From Blasia pusilla (lineage: Eukaryota), in NCBI GenBank assembly GCA_050084515.1, contig CM114271.1, positions 4,960,001 to 5,024,000 of the forward strand: a DNA stretch of 64,000 nucleotides, read 5' to 3'. The notes beneath the pieces were generated by a model that was not told the DNA's origin, did no database searches, and worked only from the letters and a program-made list of their open reading frames with translations. A program made the position numbers and the translations under genes. This document shows, one piece after another, positions 13,638 to 24,986 of this stretch. Each line of letters starts with the position of its first letter. Position 1 is the first letter of the stretch.

Positions 13638-14473
13638 CTAGCAAGAATGCCCATCCTATGCAGGGGCATAGAGTGATCGTGATCTTAATCTAGGTTTTTT
13701 TTTTTAATTTCCTAGTCCTTCTTTGGGCCACCTCACAAAATTATTTGAACACTTGTGTAGATGAAAAGAAACTCACATGGAGATAAGCTAAGGTGTAACT
13801 TAGTTTTTGGTGCTTCATTCCTTATTATTATTTTTCTTGATATCCTCATAGTCATAATAACCCCCATGTGTTTTACTAATAGTATAGATGGGTACACTCT
13901 TAGACCAAATATTTATTGTAATTTTTTGATGATATATGTGGAACAAGGAAACTTAATGTAATCTTATAAGATGATAAAATTTCCCCTCGTTTCCTTGCAA
14001 TTATTGTAGAAGTGTTTATATTCATGTGGCCCCTCCATTCCCAAAGTCAACCCGTGGAGTAGTAAAATTTAAATGTAGTCCAAATAATATAAAATTATGT
14101 AAACAAGAGAGTGCGTGGAACATCCGGAGGTTTTGAAATCGGAAGCCATCCAACGAAGCAATGTCGCAATGAAGGGAAGAGCGCGCAAAACTTCCGAAGG
14201 TTCTGAAATTGGAGGAGGCTATGTAAATGTCCATTATGGAAGAACAGAGGCGTTTCCAACAACACATATGTTCCGAATCCATTGCACATCTCGTGTAGTT
14301 GACTTCTCGTGTTTGTCTTGGTTCACAGACTCTCTTCACCGGTACACGGGGGATCAATCATATTTACAAAAATTAAAACATATCTTAGTTTGGTTGACAT
14401 ATGACATTTTTGTTGTCATGTGTCAATCAAAATGGTGTTTGAAAATCAAAGAAATATTCTCCTACAATATAGA
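13638..14473 (-). mobile_element. Helitron derivative, possibly with a frameshifted RepHel N-terminal remnant
   Basis: Minus strand starts TCTATATTG at 14473 and ends with a GCCCC..GGGC hairpin plus CTAG at 13641-13638, between A and T. Internal frames CNGFGTYVLLE..NG / PPPISEPSEVLRAL / FRFQNLRMFHAL weakly resemble the Cys-rich Helitron N-terminus. Confidence 0.55.
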
Positions 14474-15075
14474 TAGGTATAATTAACTCATGCCCGTGCC
14501 ATGCACGAATGCATAATTTTGAATTACACATTCTATGTGAACAATTGAATTCCAATGAATCTATTGACTAAAAAGACATGTGTCCAAATGAAAGACAATC
14601 TCAAAAAGTGGAGACACTTTCCTATAATAAAGATTTCCTTAGGGTTTCGTCTACTTGGAAGTGGGGAAGACTATGATTCCGTGGGGAGATAAAATGTTTA
14701 AAAAAATGGAACGAATAATCAAAGTAGAAAAGAACCATGAAACATAATTGACTTGTAAAGAAAACAAGTCCGTCATCATTTATTTATTGTAGGGGTGGGG
14801 GAACTTGGGAAGTGCCCTACACTTTTGCCTACGACAAGCTCCGGATATCATGCAGTTCTCCGTAGTGACGTGTAGAAAGTGATAATTTGATGCTCACCAG
14901 GTACTTTCCTTATACTTATTTTCATGTCACCGTACGTGGAATTGTCATGGTCCTTAGACCCTTTATTTATTACCCTGCATGCCCAATAATATGGCCCCGA
15001 TCGAAATTGAAAAGGCTTACCAAATGTCTTGTCACCATCAATCTTGAAAGTCAAGGGTTGGGGTGAAAGCGAAGG

Positions 15076-15190
15076 GTGGCACGGTGGTTCTCGAGAGTGG
15101 GACAGGTGGCACCGTCGTTCTTGAGAGTAGTCTTGGGGTGAAGGGACGGGGTGCACGGTCGTTCTTGAGAGTAGGGCTGGGGTTGAGGAA
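15076..15190. repeat. Three imperfect tandem copies of a GC-rich unit
   Basis: GGCACGGTGGTTCTCGAGAGT / GGCACCGTCGTTCTTGAGAGT / TGCACGGTCGTTCTTGAGAGT. Confidence 0.8.
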
Positions 15191-16444
15191 AGTGTAAGGG
15201 AGGGGGTTTGGAAGACCATAAAAGAGAATAAATTTCTGATCGGATGGGTAAAGAGTGTGGTAAAGCATGCAATTAGACATATGTTGACTGAATGAACGAC
15301 ACTTTAAAAAAAAGTAAAATTTGCATTCCTAAAAAGATTGGGAAAGAAATCATATTTTTGGTCCAAAATTTTGCCATGTCCAACAAACATGAACCCCAAG
15401 AGGTATCTTAGAAACTCACACATACGGAGTAAAAATCACAAACGGCTATCTTCGACAAGCCTTCATCCAACATCATATAAACTAAACGAACTAAGCACAA
15501 GTTTGATTAGTTATAAAAACTGCCTACGAGATTACGCGTATTCGAAATTATTATTTTTAATCTAGAAAAAGAAAAAGAACTTACTTTAAAATTGTGCTAG
15601 TAAAGTGTTGTTTATTTTCTCTCCAAAAGTCACGTGTCAATCAGAGATGAGGAGCTGTACTTAACGAGGACTTCTCAAAATTGTTCCTTCGTGGTAGCGC
15701 CACCTGCACAAGTCGCCATCGCGAGAAACAGAAAAGACTGCAAACAACTAACTAAATACATTTTGTGTGTAAGATAACGTATACCTTGTGACCCACCGGC
15801 CGGAAGCCGTAGTTAGTTGGCTAGGAGTTAAAGCTAGTAATGAGCAGTTGTAGTAAGGGAGGGAGCCCGAGGTTGATCTGGAGAAGAACCACACCTCGCG
15901 GAGCCACATACTGGGGTTCTAATACCGAGGCGGATGGATCGAGAGAGAGAGGGAAACTTGTAGAAGAACACTTCTCGGATGGTGCCGTGACCGGCGGTTA
16001 GCGGGACGCTCTCGTTTCGCACAGGCTATCATCGGGAGCCCCCGGAACCCTCGGAGTACCGATCGGGTTCCGGGGGCTCCCGATCGATCAAGGGCCACTA
16101 CCGGCGATCGTGGGGGCACTCACTTGATCGACCGGACGGCACCGGGAATCAACGTGCACTTGGATCGCGGATCGGCGATCATGAGTGGCCTCTGCCACCT
16201 GTCGAATCGGTGACCGTAGAGCCGATTTGAACCATCGGTCATTTAATATATCTCACTCGTTAGGACCCGCACGGCCCCTCACTAATAAATTTCATTCATA
16301 ATTGTCACCGGATGGGGTGATAATTAATTTTTTAGAAAGTATAATTAGTAAGATGCTAAATGTAAAATATAAAAAGGTTTGAAAAATTATGTTAATATAT
16401 AATTTGTGAAAAGAAGAGATAAAGGTGAAATGTTTACAAATCAA

Positions 16445-17357
16445 GAAAAATTTCCCATGCCATGCACGCATAGCACAATTTTCTTAAGAAAATAACTTAT
16501 AATCAGGCGTCGATGATATTTTTATAAATATAATTTAAAATTTAAAAATATATTTGATTTAAAATTTTAGGTGTAATTTCCACTCTTGTAAATCTTAAAA
16601 GAGTAAGAAAATCGTCTTTAGATAATATCCATCTCCCCTAAATAATTGCATTCCCCCTAAAATTTCCAAAAAAAAAAGAATTCTTCCCCTTCCCCTCTTC
16701 CTACCCAAAATCACATTCAGTTAAAAAAATCTTACTTTATTTAATTTAATTTAACAATTTTCCTTTCCTAAAATATCACGTGTGAATTAATAAAAATAAA
16801 TAAAAATAATCACATCATAAATTTAAAATTTTTAAGATAATTTTTATTTTCTAAAATATTAGAAGAATAAGAAAATTTCACTCTTTCAAGAAATTACAAT
16901 ATTCCACTCAATTTTAAATTATATCCCAATATTTTAAATAATTTCAACTACCATAAAATTTGATCTATTCCTTATCCATTAAAATTTTCTCTTTCCATCA
17001 GATGTTAATTAAGACGCAAATTCTAATTTTTAAATGCAAATTATTAATATTTATAATCTCTAATTATAATACTAAATAAATTATTAATACTTAATAAATA
17101 TTTTTCTATTTTATTCAAATCCTTATGATGTTTTCTACTTAGAATATTTCTACCTATCTAGTGTGGTTTAAATAATAAAATACAAAAAGGTTCATTATTT
17201 GAATGCCCCCTCCCTACCCCTAAAGCCTCACTACTTAATACCCCTCCCCCCCTCACGTACCGGCCCTCCATGTGTCGTAAGGCTAAGACCCAAAAATGAC
17301 TACGTGTCGTTACTTAAGGACGGGTTCTCAAACCCCGTCCTCTTTTAATAATATAGA
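16445..17357 (-). mobile_element. AT-rich Helitron derivative
   Basis: Minus 5' end TCTATATTATTAAAAGA.GGACGGG at 17357, with similar 5' ends at about 18637 and 41672. Decayed 3' hairpin (CCCATGCCATGCACG on plus) at about 16454. The body has an inverted homolog at about 17810-18470. Confidence 0.6.
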
Positions 17358-17462
17358 TTGGCAACCACATATCTATATTTGTATTTAAAAAATATCATCG
17401 ACACTTGTTTATAAGCCATTCTATTGAGGAAAGTGTGCTAGGCGTGCGTGGCACCGACAACA

Positions 17463-17688
17463 TCTACATTATTATGGGAGAGTGTCTTCTTGATTTGCAA
17501 ACACCTCACCTCTCGGTTTGACACGTGGCAACTAAGCAGCAAGAAAATGTGTCTCCTTATGCATGCAGCGATAAAAAAGATTTGAATTTGTGTGTTGCAT
17601 CACTAATCCCTTCCCTTCAAAAAATTACCCACTAAAAAAAATTTGCAAACATTTTTTATACCCATGTATCCCACGGGCACCTTACTAG
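17463..17688 (+). mobile_element. Non-autonomous mini-Helitron
   Basis: TCTACATTA start, the shared GGAGAGTGT.TTCTTGATTTGCAAACACC core, a CCCATGTATCCCACGGG hairpin and CTAG end, between A and T. Confidence 0.8.
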
Positions 17689-20600
17689 TGCATAATATGA
17701 CGAGATAGCGGGGAAGTAAGACAAAATAGGCAACATCTTTGAATTTTGTTGCTTGAACCCCGTTAGATGGTAGAAATAGAACAAAAGAAACGATTAGGAA
17801 TTTCAGTGAAATATAAATTAATAGTTCATAATTAATATTATATAATAATGGGTGATTGTAAACATCAATACAACATAAAATATATGATAGATAAAAAAAA
17901 ATTTAGAATTTTAACCTCAATTTATATTTGATGGAAAAAGGAAATAAAAATTTAATGGAGGAATAGATATTGTTTAAATTTTATCTTCATGGAGAGATAA
18001 AACTGCTTAGTGTATGGGATATCATTTGAATTTGAATGGATGATTGTAATTACTAAGAACAGTCAAATATTATTATTATTCTAAGATTTTAGAAAATAGA
18101 AATAATATTTAAATTTGGAAATAACTAGCATGATCATTTTTTAAATATTTTTATTAATTCACATGTGATATTTTGGGAAAGGAAAATGAATTTGAATGGA
18201 AAAGGAAAATGATTTTGTTAATTAAAATTAGCTAAGATTTGGGTTATTTTGAATGTTAGTTTGGTGGGAAGAATGGAAGGGGAAGAACAATTATTGTTTG
18301 AGCTCTTACGGAGGAGTGAAATTGTTTAGAGGAGATGGTTGTTATTTAAAGGTGAAATTTTCTTACTCTTTTAAGATTTAAAAAAGTGGAAATTATACAT
18401 ATATTTTAAAATTAAATTAAATTTGAAATTTTTAACATAATTTAAAAAATATTGTTGACACCTATTTTTTAAGGCCCTATTGACATGTGATAATTTTATA
18501 AGAAAAAAAATGTTTCACGTGTAATGGACACAAAGAAAAAAGTTTGAATTTGTGTGCAGCATCATTAATCCTTTCACTAACAAAAGATCTTCAAATATTT
18601 TTTTATTTTCCGTGCATCGCACCAATACATTACAAGTATTATTAAAATAGGACGGGTTTGAAAAAGTATACATTTTTTATACACGAGTAGTTTTTTTTCG
18701 AGATGATTTAACCGGTGCCTCTTAACGTGTTAGTATATTAGTGGTTTTAGAAAATTGTAGCCTCCAATTAGTATCTAGATGATATTATAGAGAAAATCAA
18801 ATTTTATTGTCCTCTCACAAAGCATTTTTTACCTTCATTAAATAAGTATGTATTTTCTTAAATAGTTGGGTGGGAAGAGGAAAGTGGACCGGAAAGAAAC
18901 AATTATCTTTAGATTTTTTTAAATAAATGTTAGATTTTGAAAAAAAAAACCAATCTAAAAATAGTGACAATTAAACAAAATATTCGATTAGAATGGAGAA
19001 TAAGTAGAATAGAGACAAAATTAATATGTCACGCAATAAAAAATGCAATTCAAATATTGGAGGTGAATGTAAGTGCAAGATGCAAATCCTAACAAGGAAG
19101 AAAAATTATTGGATTTGAGTGGAGAGGAGTGTAAGTGCATAGGATAAAAGTATTAAGACAACTGATAAACAAATATAATACAGGGATATCCATTATATTT
19201 GTTTATAGTACTAACATTGGAGGAGAGGGTAAAGAAGCGGTTCAAATTATTAAATCCACACTAACATAAGAACACTTCCCCATTTAACTCTGCCGGATCT
19301 CCAATACGATAACACACATTTTGCAAGCTTTAAAACGAGTTCTCTCCCTTGGAAGAAAATTCCATGTCGTAACAAGAAATAAAACCAAAAGTTATGGGTT
19401 GCTAGTTAGGGTTGTAATTACAATCAGGTATCTCCCATTATTGGAATTTTAATAATATTAATTATAGGAATAGCATTTTAAAAAATGAAGGAACGAGGAG
19501 ATACTCATGGAGAATTTATTTGGGAAGAGTATAAACAAAGGTAAGAAAGTTGCTTCAAAAAATGAAAACAAAACAATAGAAAAGAATGCAAGTATTTTTC
19601 TTCCTACAAAATTATCATTATTAAAGGTTATTTTCTTGATCTTCCTATGTCTTCTAATGTTTGACAAATGACATTTGCAAGCACATGCCCGCTTGACATA
19701 GGATAACAAAAAAAATATTTCATAAGATGTGCACAAATTTTTTTTCTTGAATTTATGGGCAACACGTTAATTAGTCTTGTGTTAGACACTAGTTATACAC
19801 TAGTGTTTTCAAAAAACTTAATACTTTGGAAAAAAACTTATTTGGAAATAGAAGTACAATAGACAATGGCACTATAAGAATACATCCACACACACATCCA
19901 TTCTACTATTTGTGTTTATGGGTTAAGGATCGTAAAACTCCATTTGGACTCCATGCATGTTTTTTCTTCTTCTAAAAACCCAAAATATCATGTGAGACTT
20001 ACTTATAATTATCTTAATTGCCACTTTTACCATTAAACCTTACTAATTTTTTTTTCCATGAACGTTTGCTTACACGCATTTCATAATTTTCTATTATAAT
20101 TTATACAAATATTTTGTGAAAATGTTTGTTGCATTGCACAAAAATTTGCAACTAGTGTCATTGACTAGAAAAGAAGATGGAGGGAAATATTTTTAAAATT
20201 TTAGGGAAATAGATATTCTTCTCCACGATGAGAAAGTAGGATGGAGGATATTTTAAGTAATGTGGTATGTGAAATTTAAATAAGGAGGGGATTTAATGAA
20301 AGGAGCCTCAAAGAACAATACTCTTTTTCCAACTCATGTGGAATGGATTTTATTTTATTTTTCATCTTCATGCAAAATAAAATAAAGAAAATAGAGAGTG
20401 CCTCTTAATTTTGAGACCACTTATCCTCTTGACACTTGTCCCTCTTAGGCAATAGAATTGTTTGGATTAAATTGTACACTTTGGATGGGTAATTCAGAAT
20501 TATACATTATTTTTAATGTGTGCATTCCACGAGTGTCACCCATTAATCTCTAACTCTATAACTTGGTTGGCAATTTTGAAGGATTCTCTGGCTTTTGGAG

Positions 20601-23600
20601 TTGTAGAAAATGATAATTGCAAATTGAGGTGGATATTGGAATTAAAAATACTAGTAATAAGATTAGATGGATGTATTTTTACATAATCTCAATTCTTATG
20701 GAATTTAGATGCTATATCACCAAATCTCAATTGAAGAAGGCAATGCCATTATAATATTGACATAAAATGCCTAATTCTAAAACAAATATAGAGTATAATA
20801 TTTCCCTTTTCTTCCATCCATTCCAATTTTATCTTATGCCCTAAATTTTGTATGTGAAGGAGCATGAACACATATGTTACCATTCCACTACAACAAGTCT
20901 TGAAGGAATCTATCTTTGTTACTATGGGCAAAATTTATTTTAAATAGATGGATACTAAAAGTAGTTAGATGAGAGCATCTTAGTTTAAGGTTAGTTTAAA
21001 AAAATACTTGAGGGATACCATATTAGTATTTTCTAATGAATCATTTGGTTGAAACTTATAAAATCATGATAAAAATTAATTAAATATTTTTAATTTTAAA
21101 TATTCAAAAAAATGCTTGATATTAATAGTGACCTTACAACATCGAGTTTTAATGCATTTGGGCTTATGTCTTGACATTGTTGTTACAATTTCATGTACAT
21201 TTATGAGGATGTGGCTGTGTCACATGTACATTTCTATATCATTATTAATGTAGACCTTCTTGATTTGCACTCTTTCGATGCTTAACATGTGGCATTGAGG
21301 CAACAAGAAATTTTTTTGACTATCATAACTTTAACAAAAAAATTGGAATTATAACCTCCCATGCATATCATAAGTCATGTATTTGTATAGAATTGTTCCT
21401 TTTCCTATCAATGGATAATTATCAACTAGTATCCTAACCGTGCAATAAAGGGAGTAAAATCGAGTCTGATGCCAAAACTCAAAACTTGGTTGTTTCTAAA
21501 TTAAATTTGATCCTACTACACTTCATTGTTGCCCCTACTTGGAGCCTCGAATGGGTTTTGGGCTCTCTTGTTGCATCATCTCCTAACATACTATCTAAAA
21601 TTATGCCACGTGTTACTGAGTTTTCAACCAAAGATCTTCACATGTGCTACCCCACTCCCTTGCCATTCTCCATTTCTCCTCAAGTAATTTTGAGTTGATC
21701 AAAGGGCTAAATAGTTTCATAATTACCATCCTCCCACCCAAATAAAATTTTTGTCATTTATCTAGTATAATTTTATCAAAAAATTGTACGAATTATTGCG
21801 AGATGTATTAGGATCTAATTAAAACATGTTAAGTTTGTAGTGTGTTAAATACTTTCAATTTTACATTTGCTTTAAAGAATTTTTCTTTATAGAAATACAT
21901 ATTTTCAAAAATACCTCATGGGAAAAAAATCACCAAATCCAAAAGATCAATTTGAAAGTTTTCCCTTTCCAAAAGTTTATATATAATCTATGTTGCTAGA
22001 TCTTTCTATTACACCTTTTCTTTTCCATCCTTACCTCTTTTTATATCTTAGAATCTTGTGGAAGAGCTTCCAAACGTTGAATAACTTAAGTATCTTCTAT
22101 CCCTTATGAAACAGTTTGATAAGAGCTTTTTTTTCTTTTATTTTTTTACTAAAAATGTTACTTACAACAAAATTTTTATTATTAAAAGAAAAGTATGCTT
22201 TAGCTCCTCCACACATTTTGGGACTATGATTGAATGATACATGTCTTTTGGATGAATAACAAGAAATGGAATTCTTACATGAGAACGGAAGGTATCCCAT
22301 AACATACGTTTTTTCCACATGGGCAAGCCAAAGGGCTCATCAAGGGAAAATTGAAGAAATCCCCTTCCTCATTTGAAATGGAGAAATGGATGGGGAAAAC
22401 CAAAACTCCCAAATTTGACCTTGCCAACATGAAATTGGTACTACATGGTTGGCTTAAGTGATTCCGTAGGTTGGATTTGTTAGAAATCGCCCATTAGGTA
22501 CCCTCTTATCCTCCTAGAAGGCTCCAATTAGTTTAATCATGCTATTAAGGACATTAGCTAAAGTTCATAGGCTCTCCATGAATTCAATGTGTGGAGTCTT
22601 GAGACTCATTAATTTTTCCCAAACCAAGGCAAAACTTGAATAGAAATAAGGTTTTAGTAAATATATTAAATTTTATTTTTGAAAGAAATTTAAATTTAAA
22701 AAATCCTTATGAAGAAATTGAGAGTCTCTTTCATGTTAAATTTAAAAAATAATTATTTACTTACATATCTAAGGAAAAATATTTAAAAATTTAATTTCAA
22801 GTGAATTTTGGAAGGTAAAAAAAAATAGAAAATACAATAATATAAGAATGGAAAATTCATATTTTTCAACAAAAAAAAATATTTGAATTTCTCTTAAATG
22901 TTTTTCAGACTTTCATTGTGAGGGATTTTCAAAGAATATTTTGAAAAAATGAATCAAAAGGAATAATTTTTTTTTATTAATTGAGAGATGGTGTCTAAAA
23001 ACTAATGATAGAAAATTTGTTTATAAATTAATGAAGAAATAAATGTGAATTAAAAAAAACTAGAGTTTCATGATTATTCATATGTTTAAGTAAAAAAATG
23101 TATTTATTTATTCATCCACTCTATAATTTCAACACGTGCCTAATGTAATGACTTAATTATATTCTCCATTTGTGAAGTATTTTTTCATTTCCATCCATCC
23201 GGTTGAGTGCATTGCATGGGCAAACAATTACTAGTAAACACTAGTGAGGTGTTTATGGTGCGTGGTCTTATTTTATGAGTCAAAGTATTTTTCCCACACT
23301 AAAATGGTCACTCATGTAAAAATAAAATTTTCCATAGACATGTGAGATCTAAGATGAAAATACGTTCACTTCTAGTTAATATCTCTACTTTAAAAAAAAA
23401 ATGCATGTCTCCTTAAACGACAAAATTATCAACACATTAAGAATTTATTTTCTCCCAATGGATAGCTTCAAGAGGACATTGAATTCATGGATGAGGCGAT
23501 GAGGCGATGAAAAGGTTAACCACTACTCCAAAATACGATTTATGTAATCCATTACTAGTGTGTAAAATAGCCCTAGTATAGATGAACTTTAATTTCCAAG

Positions 23601-23863
23601 AATAACATTAAAATCTCGGCAATTGAGATGAATTTCACTCCCAAGAGAATGTGGGGGCCTTTAGCCATGGAGCTCCCGCCCCTCCGTGTGGGGCCGCCAC
23701 CTAGCCCCTCTAGACGAGCTCCACTAATTTGATTATCAATTTTCCGCCCTTTGAGAGGAAAGGGAGGGGAGGCCAGAAATGAATTGTTAGATGGGAAGAC
23801 AAGTGGATAAATTAGATGGAGAGAAAAAAAACCTACCTATGGTTGTAGGGATTGTAATTACCA

Positions 23864-24022
23864 CTAGTGTACAAGCCGTGTCATGCAAAAGAGTGAAGGG
23901 ACTAACTATGTTGCACACAAATTCAAAATTTCTTCTTTTGTCCATAAGATAAAAAATATTTTCTTGCCGCCCAATTATCATGATTTGCAAATCAAGAAAA
24001 AACTCTCCAATATCAATGCTAG
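23864..24022 (-). mobile_element. Mini-Helitron copy (same family, reverse orientation)
   Basis: CTAG end at 23864-23867; TTTGCAAATCAAGAA...CTCTCCAATA is the reverse complement of the family core. Confidence 0.65.
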
Positions 24023-24229
24023 TGGATAGTAAAGGAGTGAGAGACTAGTCATGCTGCAAACAAATTTTTTTCTTAGAGGAAAAACATTTCCTCTAAGAAA
24101 AACTACTAAGACCTAAACCTTTAAGACCCGATAGCCACATGTAAAAAAATAATTTGCAAAAAAAAAAAACACTCTAAATAATAATATAATAATGATGTAA
24201 ACCCGAATTCCCGAACTCGTAAGGCTTAA

Positions 24230-24986
24230 GGACCGTGACCGGCTGGACGTGGGCGGTCACCGGAGATAAGAGGGAGAGTGCGACCGGCTGGTCCGGGGAG
24301 AGCACCGGCAGACCCGTGCAGCGGACTGTCCGGGTCTGCCATGGGCAGGAAGACGAAGACAGTGGGATGGGGTAGAGCAAAGCTCCTGCAGCAGGCGCTA
24401 CTGTTTTTCTTTTGACAGAAATAGGCAGAGAAACGCACCAGAACGTCGTGAGCATTTTCCTGCTGCTCGCGTTGTAGTGAAAGATCTTCGTCCGCGTGAC
24501 CTTGAACAGAAGCAGCAGGAGCTTACGCTCGGTTTCGCGGGTGAGGATCCACGCATTGCAGAGGTGGAGGGCGAGGAGAGTTTGTGCGTCGGGAATACGA
24601 GGGAGTTTCAGGGAGGAGGATTGATGGGGGTTGGATGAAAGGCGCAGAAGAGCGAGGAGTGGAGCAGAAATGGTCGACGAAGAAGCGCTCGTGATGATGT
24701 GGAGGTTGATAGAGAAGTTTGACTTGAAATGGTGGAAGGTGTGAATGGTGAATCGAGGACAATTTGGGAAACGGAGGAGGAGAAACGAGGCTGGACAGGT
24801 ATGGGAATGTTAAGAAAGTGTATGGGTAGGAATAGTGCAAGCAGTGTTCGAGGTTATGTGGCGACGGACTTTGGAAGGGTCGCTTGCGGTGGCTGGGTAG
24901 TCGGCGAGTGGGACAACAGGTGTCTGGGATTGATAACAGTGGAGGCTCAGAGTATTATCACTGCTAGAGAGAGCTAGGTGAAACGG
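24230..24986 (+). promoter_or_regulatory. Probable RLD promoter and purine-rich 5' leader
   Basis: Abrupt switch from AT-rich TE debris to CpG-rich sequence at about 24200; G/A-rich tract runs up to the RLD ATG. Confidence 0.5.
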
